Virus record (IMG/VR): IMGVR_UViG_3300033073_000554
Location: 1 to 64,000 of that record
Origin: a virus
Taxonomy: Duplodnaviria; Heunggongvirae; Uroviricota; Caudoviricetes
Reading direction: 5' to 3' (one strand)
DNA: 64,000 nt
Shown one piece after another: positions 51,182 through 60,471 of this stretch (position 1 is its first letter; each line of letters opens with the position of its first letter). The position numbers and the translations under genes are program-made. The notes under the pieces are model-generated. The model did not search any database. It worked only from the letters and a program-made list of their open reading frames with translations, and had not been told where the DNA came from.

Positions 51182-53539
51182 TTATGCCTGTGTAATTAAT
51201 GCTCTAACAGTGATATTATTAGGTAAAGTTGTCGCAGTGTATCTAATATAATTTCCAATTACATCTTGCGCACTATTCCAAGCCAACCAAGATACAGCAT
51301 TAGTCGAATATTCCCATGTACCACTTGCAGATGTTGTTATATCATCATCTAATACTGAAAATCCATTGGCTACATTAAATAATTGTAATCTAAGATTTGG
51401 AATACTAGATCCCCAAGAAGTAATTTGTCTCCACGCAAATTGCCGATTTTGTGCAGATGAATATGTCAACGATGGTTCATAATGAGAATCTTGTGACCCA
51501 TCCTCGTATACGCAGCATATTGAATACACTTTTCGAGGTACACAAAATTCTCCAAGTACATCTATATATACCATAAATTGTATATATGTACTCGGTGTAA
51601 TTGCCGTTAAATCTCCAGATATTGTTTCGGTCCACGCTCCCGAGTTATCATCAATACCAGATGTTCTATAAAATAGTCTAATTGGTTCTGGAGTATATCC
51701 TAAATTGAAATCTCCAGTATAATGATTCGTATGCACATATACACGGTATAAACTGGTCGCATTTGTAGTTGGTAATTTTGGGGTAATTATTTTTTGGTTT
51801 GATGTAGCTGCATAGTATGCATCTGCTCCAACTGGTAACACTCCCAACCAATTTAATCCCGTTGTTGTAATATTAGGCATAGCAAACAACATCCCATCTT
51901 CTGTCCACATGGTTAATGCAGCAGGTGAAAATATTGCGTCAACACTTCCAGCGGCGGATGTTGTAAGTTTTGTTCTATTATTAATTTGTCCAAAAAGTTT
52001 TTCAAATTGTGGACTCGTTGGGTCATATGTTGTGACATATGTACCATGTCTACCAGCTAATGTAGTTGATATTAATAATCTATCTAATGTTGAACTGTAA
52101 TCCACCTGTAAAAACGTACTGGTACCTAAATTAGTGGTCACGGTTCCCGGCGGATTTTCTATCATTGAATCTGCCAACCAACTCGACGATCCTCCCGTTA
52201 TAGAAGATATCGGGCATCTATACACCCTAGTTGCAGTTACAAAATATAAACTTTTAATACCAGCCGCAGATCCATGATTTACCGAAAACACTCTCCCATT
52301 GTTCACTTGTTGAACGGTACCAACTGTAGCTACCCCGAGAGTTTTGAGACTCCATGCACTCGTAGAAATCCCAGCGGTAGTTGTTAATGCCGCTCGCATA
52401 TTAAACTTATGTATTCGTGTAGTAGTGGCATTATCATTATTTAATACATATAAGTCATGCTCAGTATAACTAACCATATCATCTTGGGCAATTCCCATAT
52501 TTATATTCAATAAACCTGAGTGTAAAGTATGAGTACCACTCGAAACAGTACAAGCCACCGACGCCCCACCCAATGTTGCAGATATTTGGAATGCATCAGC
52601 TGTTAGTCCTGTAGCACTTACATAAAATGTTGTGTTCACTGTAGGACCCGTCAAAGTACCAGTAGTAGAAAATGATACTAAATCTCCAGCAACAAACCCG
52701 TGACCTACTTTGTTGACAACTGCTGGCGTTGCAACTGGTATAGTACAAGTTGCTGATGCGACGTCCCTTAATAGATATGACGCTCGTATATTATCAACTG
52801 TAGTTGCCTCTGCAATGACTGTACCTCCAGCTGCAAATGTTCCATAATTTAATCCTTTAATAAGATGCACTCCACCATTATATAAAGTAGCATTAGTTAC
52901 ATCAACAGATAATCTAATTTCTTCAATTACATATGATGAACTCGGCGCGACGGTTGTTGCTGAATTTATTACTAATTCGGTGTCATTTGTTATACTTGAA
53001 ATTTCATACCACGTGGATATACTATTTGGGTCGGTTGAACCAAATCCAATCCTCGCGCCAGCGGCAATTCGCTGAGTTTGAAATTGAGTACCAGACCCCG
53101 TTATATATGTTGTAGAACCTCCAGTAGAAACTGAGCCTGTGGTATGTTCATAAATATTTGCCCGTAATCCACGAATAGTCTTAGCTCCAGCGATTGTAGT
53201 TCCAGATAAAGTTACATATCCTTTCCAAGTAATTGTATTTGCGGTGTAGTTATATTCAAACAACCCGATATTTCTGGTTACTGCGGCAGTAGCATTGGAT
53301 GCGGCAAATATCCAATAAATATTTGAAGACCATTTATAAACATGCGGTGAAAAAAATGTGAACCCGGCTATTTCAGTCATATTCATTAAAACTGGCGGAT
53401 TTACACTAACATAATTATCAGTTGACAGTGACCCACTAAACTGTCGTATTAAGGTACCCAACATTGTTTTTGTTGCGTCGTATGATCCACTTAAAGACCC
53501 CATTGCTCCTGTAAATGTATGTTCTACTGCTACTTTCAT
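51182..53539 (-). CDS. large virion structural protein (785 aa)
   Basis: Thr/Ser/Gly-rich; begins only 8 nt after the TnpB stop, so the true start may be an internal Met. Confidence 0.5.
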   Translation of the reverse strand: MKVAVEHTFTGAMGSLSGSYDATKTMLGTLIRQFSGSLSTDNYVSVNPPVLMNMTEIAGFTFFSPHVYKWSSNIYWIFAASNATAAVTRNIGLFEYNYTANTITWKGYVTLSGTTIAGAKTIRGLRANIYEHTTGSVSTGGSTTYITGSGTQFQTQRIAAGARIGFGSTDPNSISTWYEISSITNDTELVINSATTVAPSSSYVIEEIRLSVDVTNATLYNGGVHLIKGLNYGTFAAGGTVIAEATTVDNIRASYLLRDVASATCTIPVATPAVVNKVGHGFVAGDLVSFSTTGTLTGPTVNTTFYVSATGLTADAFQISATLGGASVACTVSSGTHTLHSGLLNINMGIAQDDMVSYTEHDLYVLNNDNATTTRIHKFNMRAALTTTAGISTSAWSLKTLGVATVGTVQQVNNGRVFSVNHGSAAGIKSLYFVTATRVYRCPISSITGGSSSWLADSMIENPPGTVTTNLGTSTFLQVDYSSTLDRLLISTTLAGRHGTYVTTYDPTSPQFEKLFGQINNRTKLTTSAAGSVDAIFSPAALTMWTEDGMLFAMPNITTTGLNWLGVLPVGADAYYAATSNQKIITPKLPTTNATSLYRVYVHTNHYTGDFNLGYTPEPIRLFYRTSGIDDNSGAWTETISGDLTAITPSTYIQFMVYIDVLGEFCVPRKVYSICCVYEDGSQDSHYEPSLTYSSAQNRQFAWRQITSWGSSIPNLRLQLFNVANGFSVLDDDITTSASGTWEYSTNAVSWLAWNSAQDVIGNYIRYTATTLPNNITVRALITQA

Positions 53540-54928
53540 TTATTTTTTTACGTTTGTATGTCTGTGAACTGCTCAACAACATCATGACTAATGAAATGAG
53601 CTTCGGAGGTCATAGACTCGCCTAAGGGTAACGCCTCACTCCGTTTTTGTTTAGTGTCCGAATTAGTTCCTAAACCAGACAATATTTTTAAACCTTGGTT
53701 TTCAATGTTTATACTTGCATTTAAATCCCGATCATGTACTGTATTACAACTGGTGCAAATCCATTCTCTATCTTTTAGAGTAAGTTCTTGATTGATGTAA
53801 TTGCATTTTGAACAGGTTTTACTACTTGGAAAAAATCTATCAATCTTTATAACGGTTTTATCATTCCAAATAGATTTATATTCAAGCATATTGTAAAAAG
53901 TACCTAATGCTACATCTGAGAGTGCTTGTGCCAACTTATGATTCTTCATCATATTTTTGACCATTAAAGTTTCAATACAAATTACATCGTGGTTTTTGAT
54001 GATTTCAGTACTGACTTTATGTAAATAGTCGTTTCTAGTATTAGTTACTTTTTCATATATTGTTGCAAGTTTTGATTGTTGTTTTAATCTGGAATTACTT
54101 CCCTTTACTTTTTTAGATAATTGACGCTGATTATATTTTAACTTCTTTAAATTGGTTTTGAGTGGTTTAGTATTTTGATATACCTTACCATCTGAAAGAA
54201 TAGCTAAGTTCTTAATTCCAGTATCAATACCAATACTTGAGTCTGTTTTCTCAAACGGTGTATGTTCAACTTCACACGTAATACTTACATAATATTTACC
54301 AGTTTTAGATTTTGATATTGTTGCAAAGCAGATTTTACCTTCAATTTTCCTATGTAAATTTATATTGATACCTTGTTTAAATTTTGGTATCCATAACTTA
54401 CTATCTTCAATATATATAGATTGTGGTATAGTAAAACTTTGTCTATCATATTTACTTTTAAATATTGGAAATTCAGTTTGTTTTCTGAAAAACTTATTAT
54501 ATGCAGCATCTAAATTTCTAAGTGATGATTGTAAACTTTGTGAATTAATTTCCTTTAACCATATAAATTGCTCATCATTTTTTAAAAAAGTAAGATCCAC
54601 GGCATTATCATAATAATTAAGTGTTGTTTTATATTCAAGATATGGATGTTTCCTAACATTCAAATAACGGTTATATACGAATCTACATGCTCCAAAATGT
54701 TTTGATATGAGTACCATCTGTTCATTGGTAGGATCAAGTTTAAACTTATATGATTTATGAATTACCTTCATCTATTAGTAAATAGGCAAATTCTTTGTGA
54801 AAACGCACATATTTTAACAATACATAGGGTTTTTGCGAATATTTACAAACTCCAGTTAAGATACTTGTAAAAAACTTCACTATTACTGTTCATATACATT
54901 CATTCTGCCTTGAATTAATAAATAAATT
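53500..54928 (-). mobile_element. solo-TnpB IS605-like element (no tnpA); ends not delimited
   Basis: tnpB flanked by a 157-bp upstream gap (candidate LE); only 8 nt separate it from the downstream gene (RE/omega-RNA must overlap the gene boundary). Confidence 0.5.
53548..54771 (-). CDS. tnpB: TnpB (IS200/IS605-family OrfB RNA-guided nuclease)
   Basis: OrfB_IS605-type N-terminus MKVIHKSYKFKLDPTNEQ, RuvC-like core, C-terminal zinc finger CSKCNYINQ...CTSCNTVHDRDLNASINI; 407 aa. Confidence 0.85.
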   Translation of the reverse strand: MKVIHKSYKFKLDPTNEQMVLISKHFGACRFVYNRYLNVRKHPYLEYKTTLNYYDNAVDLTFLKNDEQFIWLKEINSQSLQSSLRNLDAAYNKFFRKQTEFPIFKSKYDRQSFTIPQSIYIEDSKLWIPKFKQGININLHRKIEGKICFATISKSKTGKYYVSITCEVEHTPFEKTDSSIGIDTGIKNLAILSDGKVYQNTKPLKTNLKKLKYNQRQLSKKVKGSNSRLKQQSKLATIYEKVTNTRNDYLHKVSTEIIKNHDVICIETLMVKNMMKNHKLAQALSDVALGTFYNMLEYKSIWNDKTVIKIDRFFPSSKTCSKCNYINQELTLKDREWICTSCNTVHDRDLNASINIENQGLKILSGLGTNSDTKQKRSEALPLGESMTSEAHFISHDVVEQFTDIQT

Positions 54929-57229
54929 TTAAGTTATTATATCTATAAATAGTATTATATCTGTTATGTATGTAGATGACCCACTTACATAAAATTCCAA
55001 TAAATCATCTCTGTATAATGTTGTAGTCCACCCAGATAATGTCGTATCAATCGATCCAGTTTGATTTACTAAACTTACATTTCCAAGTGTAGTTCCATTT
55101 CTACGTATATTTATATCAATACTTCCAGTTATGGTTGATATTGTTCGCGTTTTTATAATTGTAGAATTGGAATTAATATGCCGATATCCCTTAGACCCGG
55201 CTGTGATATACGAGTCTTCAGTTTGTATTCTTGTACCAATTGTTTGAACTGAACTACCACCCGGGGCATAGGATGCACTCAATGCATATGAAGCTGATAC
55301 TATATTAGTTAACCCACTACCGTTACCAACAAATGATCCTGAAAATGACCCAGAATATACAGTCTTAGTTTCCAGCGTAGTTACACGATTAGAAAATGAA
55401 GATGATGCATTATTGAATGATCCAGAAATATCCGACGCAATTTGAAATGAAGATGATAGTATATTTGGTGGTAATGTTGTAGTAATACCAGTTAAACCAG
55501 ATCCATCACCTCGGAATGACCCTGTAAATGATCCTGTAAATGGTGCAGTTATTGTAAAGAATTGTAATGAACTGCTTATAATATTCGATGGCACATTGGT
55601 GATACCAGTGTAAGATATCTGCGCAGAGCTTGATACAACATTGGGTGGAATTATATTTAATAAACCAGATCCATCTCCTTTGAAAGATCCAGTAAATGAT
55701 CCTGTAAATGCATCGGTGATAGTTTTAAATTGTAATGAAGAAGATACTATTCCAGATGGAATAGAACTTATTCCCGAATATGTTATCTGAGAAGAGCTTG
55801 ATACTATATTTGATGGTACATTAGTGATGCCACTATAAGATATTTGAGCCGATGATGATACAATATTAGGTGGTAATGTTGTAGTAATACCAGTTAATCC
55901 ACTTCCATCTCCTTTGAAAGACCCAGTGAATGATCCAGTAAATGGAGATGTTATATTTGAAAATTGTAATGAGCTACTTACAATATTTGGTGGAATTACC
56001 GCTGTTATTCCAGTAAGCCCACTACCATTACCAACAAATGATCCTGAAAATGATCCACTATATATTACTTTGGCTTCAATATTTGTTACACGTGTGGAAA
56101 ATGATGAAGATGCACTATTGAATGACCCTGAAATATCCGACGCAATTTGAAATGAAGATGATATTAAATTAGAAGGTGCACCAGTAATTCCCGAATATGT
56201 TATCTGAGAAGAGCTTGATACTATATTTGATGGTAATGTTGCGGTTATACCCGTCAAACCAGATCCATCACCTTTGAAAGATCCAGTGAATGGAGATGTT
56301 ATATTTGAAAATTGTAATGAAGAAGATACTATTCCAGATGGAATAGAACTTATTCCTGAATATGTTATTTGGGTAGACGATGATACTATATTTGATGGTA
56401 ATGTCGCAGTAACACCAAATAGTCCAAATCCATCTCCTGTAAACGATCCTGTAAATGATCCTGTAAATGGTGCAGTTATTGTAAAGAATTGTAATGAAGA
56501 AGATACTACATTCGATGGTAAAGTTGCGCTACCACCAGTTGACCCAGTACTAGTTGGTAATATACTTCCAACTGTAGCTGATGCATACCCACTTACTGGT
56601 ACTGGAAAATATACAATCGATTGTGATGTAGATGCAGCAAATATCTTCTCTGGAATAATTACTTCATCTTCAGTATTCCAAACGGTTATTATCGGATATT
56701 TGTAATTTAAATTGTGATTGAAACTCCAAGTAGTAGCCAACGAGGGTTGTGAAAATGTGGCATAATATTGACTTGACACGTAGGATGCGGATATTGCCCA
56801 AGATGACGTGATGTTATATGTTGCACCATCTATCAGTGCCCCGGGAGCATAGGACGCACTCAATGCGTATGAAGCTGATACTATATCAGTTAATCCAGAT
56901 CCATTTCCAACAAATGATCCACTGAAAGATCCCGTAAATGCGCCATTTGTAATGATACCACTGGTGCCCGGTCTACCTTGCGGTCCAGACTCGATGATTT
57001 TAACGACTTTAATTTCCGATTCATCGATGATCTTAATAATCGGTGGCACATTATCCGAAATAATACTCGGATTATCGCTAAAAACGCCAATATGATCAAC
57101 AGCCTCTGCATTTTCAACTACTCGTACAACGCGAACTTCTGAATCATCAATGACTCGGATTGATTGTGGCGCATCATATGATACGTCAATGGGATCATCG
57201 CTTATTATATTGATTCGTTCAATTGCCAC
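54929..57229 (-). CDS. repeat-rich tail fibre protein (766 aa)
   Basis: two N-terminal ~40-aa repeats (IRVIDDSEVRVVRVVE / IKIIDESEIKVVKIIE), a short collagen-like GPQGRPGTSG, 8 copies of F(T/S)GSF.GSF.G[DN]GSGLT and ~12 copies of LP(S/P)NIVSSS.Q(I/F).Y(S/T)GI; the N- and C-terminal GSFSGSFVGNGSGLT-IVSASYALSASYAPG segments are duplicates. Confidence 0.65.
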   Translation of the reverse strand: MAIERINIISDDPIDVSYDAPQSIRVIDDSEVRVVRVVENAEAVDHIGVFSDNPSIISDNVPPIIKIIDESEIKVVKIIESGPQGRPGTSGIITNGAFTGSFSGSFVGNGSGLTDIVSASYALSASYAPGALIDGATYNITSSWAISASYVSSQYYATFSQPSLATTWSFNHNLNYKYPIITVWNTEDEVIIPEKIFAASTSQSIVYFPVPVSGYASATVGSILPTSTGSTGGSATLPSNVVSSSLQFFTITAPFTGSFTGSFTGDGFGLFGVTATLPSNIVSSSTQITYSGISSIPSGIVSSSLQFSNITSPFTGSFKGDGSGLTGITATLPSNIVSSSSQITYSGITGAPSNLISSSFQIASDISGSFNSASSSFSTRVTNIEAKVIYSGSFSGSFVGNGSGLTGITAVIPPNIVSSSLQFSNITSPFTGSFTGSFKGDGSGLTGITTTLPPNIVSSSAQISYSGITNVPSNIVSSSSQITYSGISSIPSGIVSSSLQFKTITDAFTGSFTGSFKGDGSGLLNIIPPNVVSSSAQISYTGITNVPSNIISSSLQFFTITAPFTGSFTGSFRGDGSGLTGITTTLPPNILSSSFQIASDISGSFNNASSSFSNRVTTLETKTVYSGSFSGSFVGNGSGLTNIVSASYALSASYAPGGSSVQTIGTRIQTEDSYITAGSKGYRHINSNSTIIKTRTISTITGSIDINIRRNGTTLGNVSLVNQTGSIDTTLSGWTTTLYRDDLLEFYVSGSSTYITDIILFIDIIT

Positions 57230-57235
57230 GGTGTC

Positions 57236-57637
57236 TTACCTCGTGGTATTTTTATTCAGTTTAATTCTGCCTTCTATTATTCTACGGACGTATTCAGTTT
57301 GACCAGATCCAGAATATATTTCAATATCAAAATACGCCTGATCAAATGATACCAACGATGATGAATATGCACTAATTGTCAACCCAATTGATCCAGATGT
57401 TATTGGTAAAACTACAGATCCCGAAACTGGAGTCATAGTTAACCCAGTTCCATCACTTGTAGGTGAGGTAGAAATTCTAAAGTAAGCTGTATTTGAGGTT
57501 GCTTCTGGTCTAACATGCATCCGAGCATTGTAGTCAGTCAAATCAATAGGATTACCATTCGCATCAGTATATTCTAATCTGCGTTTAAATGTTGCTCCCT
57601 GATCGATGATCCATTGTACTCTATTACTTGCTGCCAT
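57236..57637 (-). CDS. hypothetical protein (133 aa)
   Basis: ORF tightly coupled between PhoH and the fibre gene. Confidence 0.45.
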   Translation of the reverse strand: MAASNRVQWIIDQGATFKRRLEYTDANGNPIDLTDYNARMHVRPEATSNTAYFRISTSPTSDGTGLTMTPVSGSVVLPITSGSIGLTISAYSSSLVSFDQAYFDIEIYSGSGQTEYVRRIIEGRIKLNKNTTR

Positions 57638-57643
57638 TAATGA

Positions 57644-58327
57644 TTAACCCTCTGTTCTATATAGTATATTTAATACATCTTCGACTGCTGGATGACGATG
57701 ATTCTCAAATAATTCTACCACACTTACATGTGTTGATTCTCTTAATTGATCTATCCACTGTGTAGCAGATGTAAGTTTATTTTTTAAATCAATTTGATTT
57801 TTATCACCACAAAATATCATGATACTATCTTTACCAAGTCTACCAAGTGCCATCGCTAATTGTTCTTTAGTCAAATTCTGAAATTCATCGACGATGCACA
57901 CTGCATTATTGAATGTGCGCCCCCTGAAAAATGTCAATGGCGCAATTTCAATTACACCTTCAGATTCCAACTTTTTAATTTGGTCTGGATGACTATATGC
58001 CTGACGCATGGTATCCTTTATTGGGACTAGCCATGGATCAAGCTTTTCTTCCAGAGTCCCGGGCAAAAACCCGTTATCCTCAGTTGAAACCGTTGGTCTC
58101 GTGATTACAATCTTGGATACTTCCTTTTTAAACAGCTTATCCAATGCCACTGCTACAGCCAACTGAGTTTTACCAGTTCCAGCCTTCCCTAATATGAACG
58201 TGTACGCATGTTTCAGAATCTGCTCTTTAGCTAATCCCTGTTCTCCATTTAAATGTATATCGAACTGTACATTGCGCCCCACTTTTTTCACTTGTGGTAT
58301 ATTTTTATCCACCATACTCCCCATCAC
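57644..58327 (-). CDS. phoH: PhoH-family ATPase
   Basis: Walker A GKAGTGKTQLAVA, PhoH signature ITRPTVSTEDNGFLPGTLEEKLDPW, CIVDEFQNLT (Walker B). Confidence 0.85.
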   Translation of the reverse strand: MMGSMVDKNIPQVKKVGRNVQFDIHLNGEQGLAKEQILKHAYTFILGKAGTGKTQLAVAVALDKLFKKEVSKIVITRPTVSTEDNGFLPGTLEEKLDPWLVPIKDTMRQAYSHPDQIKKLESEGVIEIAPLTFFRGRTFNNAVCIVDEFQNLTKEQLAMALGRLGKDSIMIFCGDKNQIDLKNKLTSATQWIDQLRESTHVSVVELFENHRHPAVEDVLNILYRTEG

Positions 58328-58384
58328 ATTTGATTCGATAATAAATAGGAAAATTTAGGTTTAAACGATTTATTACGATAAGAT

Positions 58385-58434
58385 GGAACTAATCTGAAAT
58401 AAATACAGTTATACTAGTATAAAAACTAATTAAA
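58385..58434 (+). promoter_or_regulatory. conserved promoter/leader element copy 5 (plus strand)
   Basis: GGAACTAATCTGAAATAAATACAGTTATACTAGTATAAAAACTAATTAAA-ATG with GGAACTA at -51. Confidence 0.55.
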
Positions 58435-58914
58435 ATGGAAACTTGCACTACTTGTGGACAGGATATTAATGAAGTTGTTATTATTGGTGGGAAACCATAT
58501 GGTACTACTTGCGCCTTAAAACAATTGGGGATTTCAAGATTCCCACATGGTTTTACAACTGGCGACTGGGATAAAGTAAAAGCTGAGATAGATACAGTGG
58601 TTCAAAATAATAAAAATATTCATATTACAAGTCGCAAAATTACATCAGAATATTGGAAAGAATGGACTATTTTATCAAAAGCGTATTCACACGCACGAAT
58701 CCAACAAAATGATTGGGCGGTTGATTTTTTATCGGGCATCATTGATAGATTAGGTTATTATACAATCCTAGCGCAAACTAATTTCGATACAATGGAAGAT
58801 GCTGAAAGAGGGTGGAATGCATCAAGTGGAACGTTTCCATATCTTTATTCAGAGCCAAAAAGAATCGAAAATCTTTCACAAAAGCAACGAACAATTATTT
58901 ATAAATTCATATGA
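58435..58914 (+). CDS. hypothetical protein (159 aa), the only convincing plus-strand gene
   Basis: occupies a gap free of minus-strand ORFs; driven by element copy 5; N-terminal CxxC...C. Confidence 0.55.
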   Translation: METCTTCGQDINEVVIIGGKPYGTTCALKQLGISRFPHGFTTGDWDKVKAEIDTVVQNNKNIHITSRKITSEYWKEWTILSKAYSHARIQQNDWAVDFLSGIIDRLGYYTILAQTNFDTMEDAERGWNASSGTFPYLYSEPKRIENLSQKQRTIIYKFI

Positions 58915-58980
58915 TACGATTTGATACGAAAATTAGTCGATTAATTGATGTGAGGTAGAAAAATGTTACCTAGGTTGGAA

Positions 58981-60390
58981 CTAATTAAATGTCTTTATAT
59001 ATTTTTTACTTCCACAGTCCCATATGCGATCATACCCAAGTAGTTTCATATTTTCCCACTCTGAGAGATTTGGGTCTGCGTTTGGAAATTTTTCTAGAAT
59101 TTTATCAATGGTAAATTCAGATTTATTATAACGTCTTAAATATTTTTCACCCGTGATTAAATACCAATAATCTGGTGGCGTTTTACCATTATAATTAAAC
59201 GACCTCTCAACGTCTCGATGTATAAATCTACGATCTCCTATGTACGTCATAGTCGTAGCTTTAAGTATATTCACTGAAAATTTTAATAATGTATTAAAAC
59301 CGTTTATTATATTATAATGAAGTGTGTTGCAATATCTATCTAAAATATAGTCAGTTGTACCATTTATCGAAAACCCCATCACATAATATAAATCAGCACC
59401 ATTATATATCCCAAAATATCTATCGGATTGCGACGGTCCAAATATATGATTATCTAGTAAAAATTTGTTGGCAGTTTCTTTAGAAATTTCAGAACAATCA
59501 CAATTATTGGCATTTAGCGCATATTTATATACATCACAATATGATGCGATCATACCTTTGAGTATTTCTGGATTATCTTTCCACTCATCTTCAAAAATGT
59601 GTATTAATCGATCTCCAGCGTTTTCGACAACTGTAGTTTTATTTAGGTGATATTTTATACTTTTACCAGCTCCTAATTCAGAATGATAATATAGTCCATC
59701 AAATTCAATGGCTAAATTATTATCCGCTAAATATAAATCTAATTCATTATATCCCATCATATAATGTGGTATATGTGGAATTTCAATTGAATCTAAAAAT
59801 TCTTGAAGTTGTAGTTCAGCATTTGATGTATATTGCGTACCGCGTAATTTATCATTTTTATAATATATATCTCGCTGAATATCTCGCATTCTACTTGATA
59901 TTACAGTATCTGTCTTATATTTAATTTTATATTGTTTAATTGTCATATTATGTGTAGCAAGGTGGGTTCGATTCAATTTCAGAAACTTTTCACCGCACTC
60001 CAAACATGTGATATAATTATATTCCCCACCTTCAATGATATCATGACGCCGCTTTTGTCTTGGACCATAATAAGACCACATATGTGCATATTCGGGGTAT
60101 TTTTCATAAAATTCCCACGATTTTAAATTGTGCTCCCTTTCTAAATGTATAGTAGTCCAACCACTTTTATTGTTTATATCTACCGTTGTCCAATTACATA
60201 ATGGACATTTAAACAGTGGCTTATCCTCTATAATATTTTTTATAAAATATTCCTTATAGCCATATTTATCAACTATAATATCATGCTTCTCTTTCAAATG
60301 TCGTCGCGGATGACCACCTTTATTGACTATATCCTCAGTGTTCCACCCGCAAATAGTGCATTTTAATGTTTCCATAATGCAAATATACAA
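58981..60390 (-). CDS. zinc-finger / Vsr-like (DUF559, PD-(D/E)XK) endonuclease; homing-endonuclease-like
   Basis: three C2H2-like fingers (CTICG-x12-H-x3-H; CPLCN-x16-H-x4-H; CLECG-x10-H-x3-H) and a C-terminal LAIEFDGLYYHSE ... DRLIHIFEDEW nuclease core. Confidence 0.6.
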   Translation of the reverse strand: MYICIMETLKCTICGWNTEDIVNKGGHPRRHLKEKHDIIVDKYGYKEYFIKNIIEDKPLFKCPLCNWTTVDINNKSGWTTIHLEREHNLKSWEFYEKYPEYAHMWSYYGPRQKRRHDIIEGGEYNYITCLECGEKFLKLNRTHLATHNMTIKQYKIKYKTDTVISSRMRDIQRDIYYKNDKLRGTQYTSNAELQLQEFLDSIEIPHIPHYMMGYNELDLYLADNNLAIEFDGLYYHSELGAGKSIKYHLNKTTVVENAGDRLIHIFEDEWKDNPEILKGMIASYCDVYKYALNANNCDCSEISKETANKFLLDNHIFGPSQSDRYFGIYNGADLYYVMGFSINGTTDYILDRYCNTLHYNIINGFNTLLKFSVNILKATTMTYIGDRRFIHRDVERSFNYNGKTPPDYWYLITGEKYLRRYNKSEFTIDKILEKFPNADPNLSEWENMKLLGYDRIWDCGSKKYIKTFN

Positions 60391-60407
60391 AATTATATTG
60401 ATATAAC

Positions 60408-60440
60408 AAAAAAATGGTGAAGATTATTCATCTCCACCAT
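60408..60440 (-). terminator. rho-independent terminator after the major capsid gene
   Basis: 11-bp stem (1 mismatch) AUGGUGGAGAU-gaaua-AUCUUCACCAU followed by U7 on the minus-strand RNA. Confidence 0.6.
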
Positions 60441-60471
60441 TTAAAATTATTCATCACTCTAAAATAATATA

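Noticed and set aside
54929-57229. Regularly repeated DNA that could be mistaken for a CRISPR array
   Set aside because: The repeats are in-frame coding repeats of a fibre protein, imperfect and without unique spacers. No cas genes in the window.
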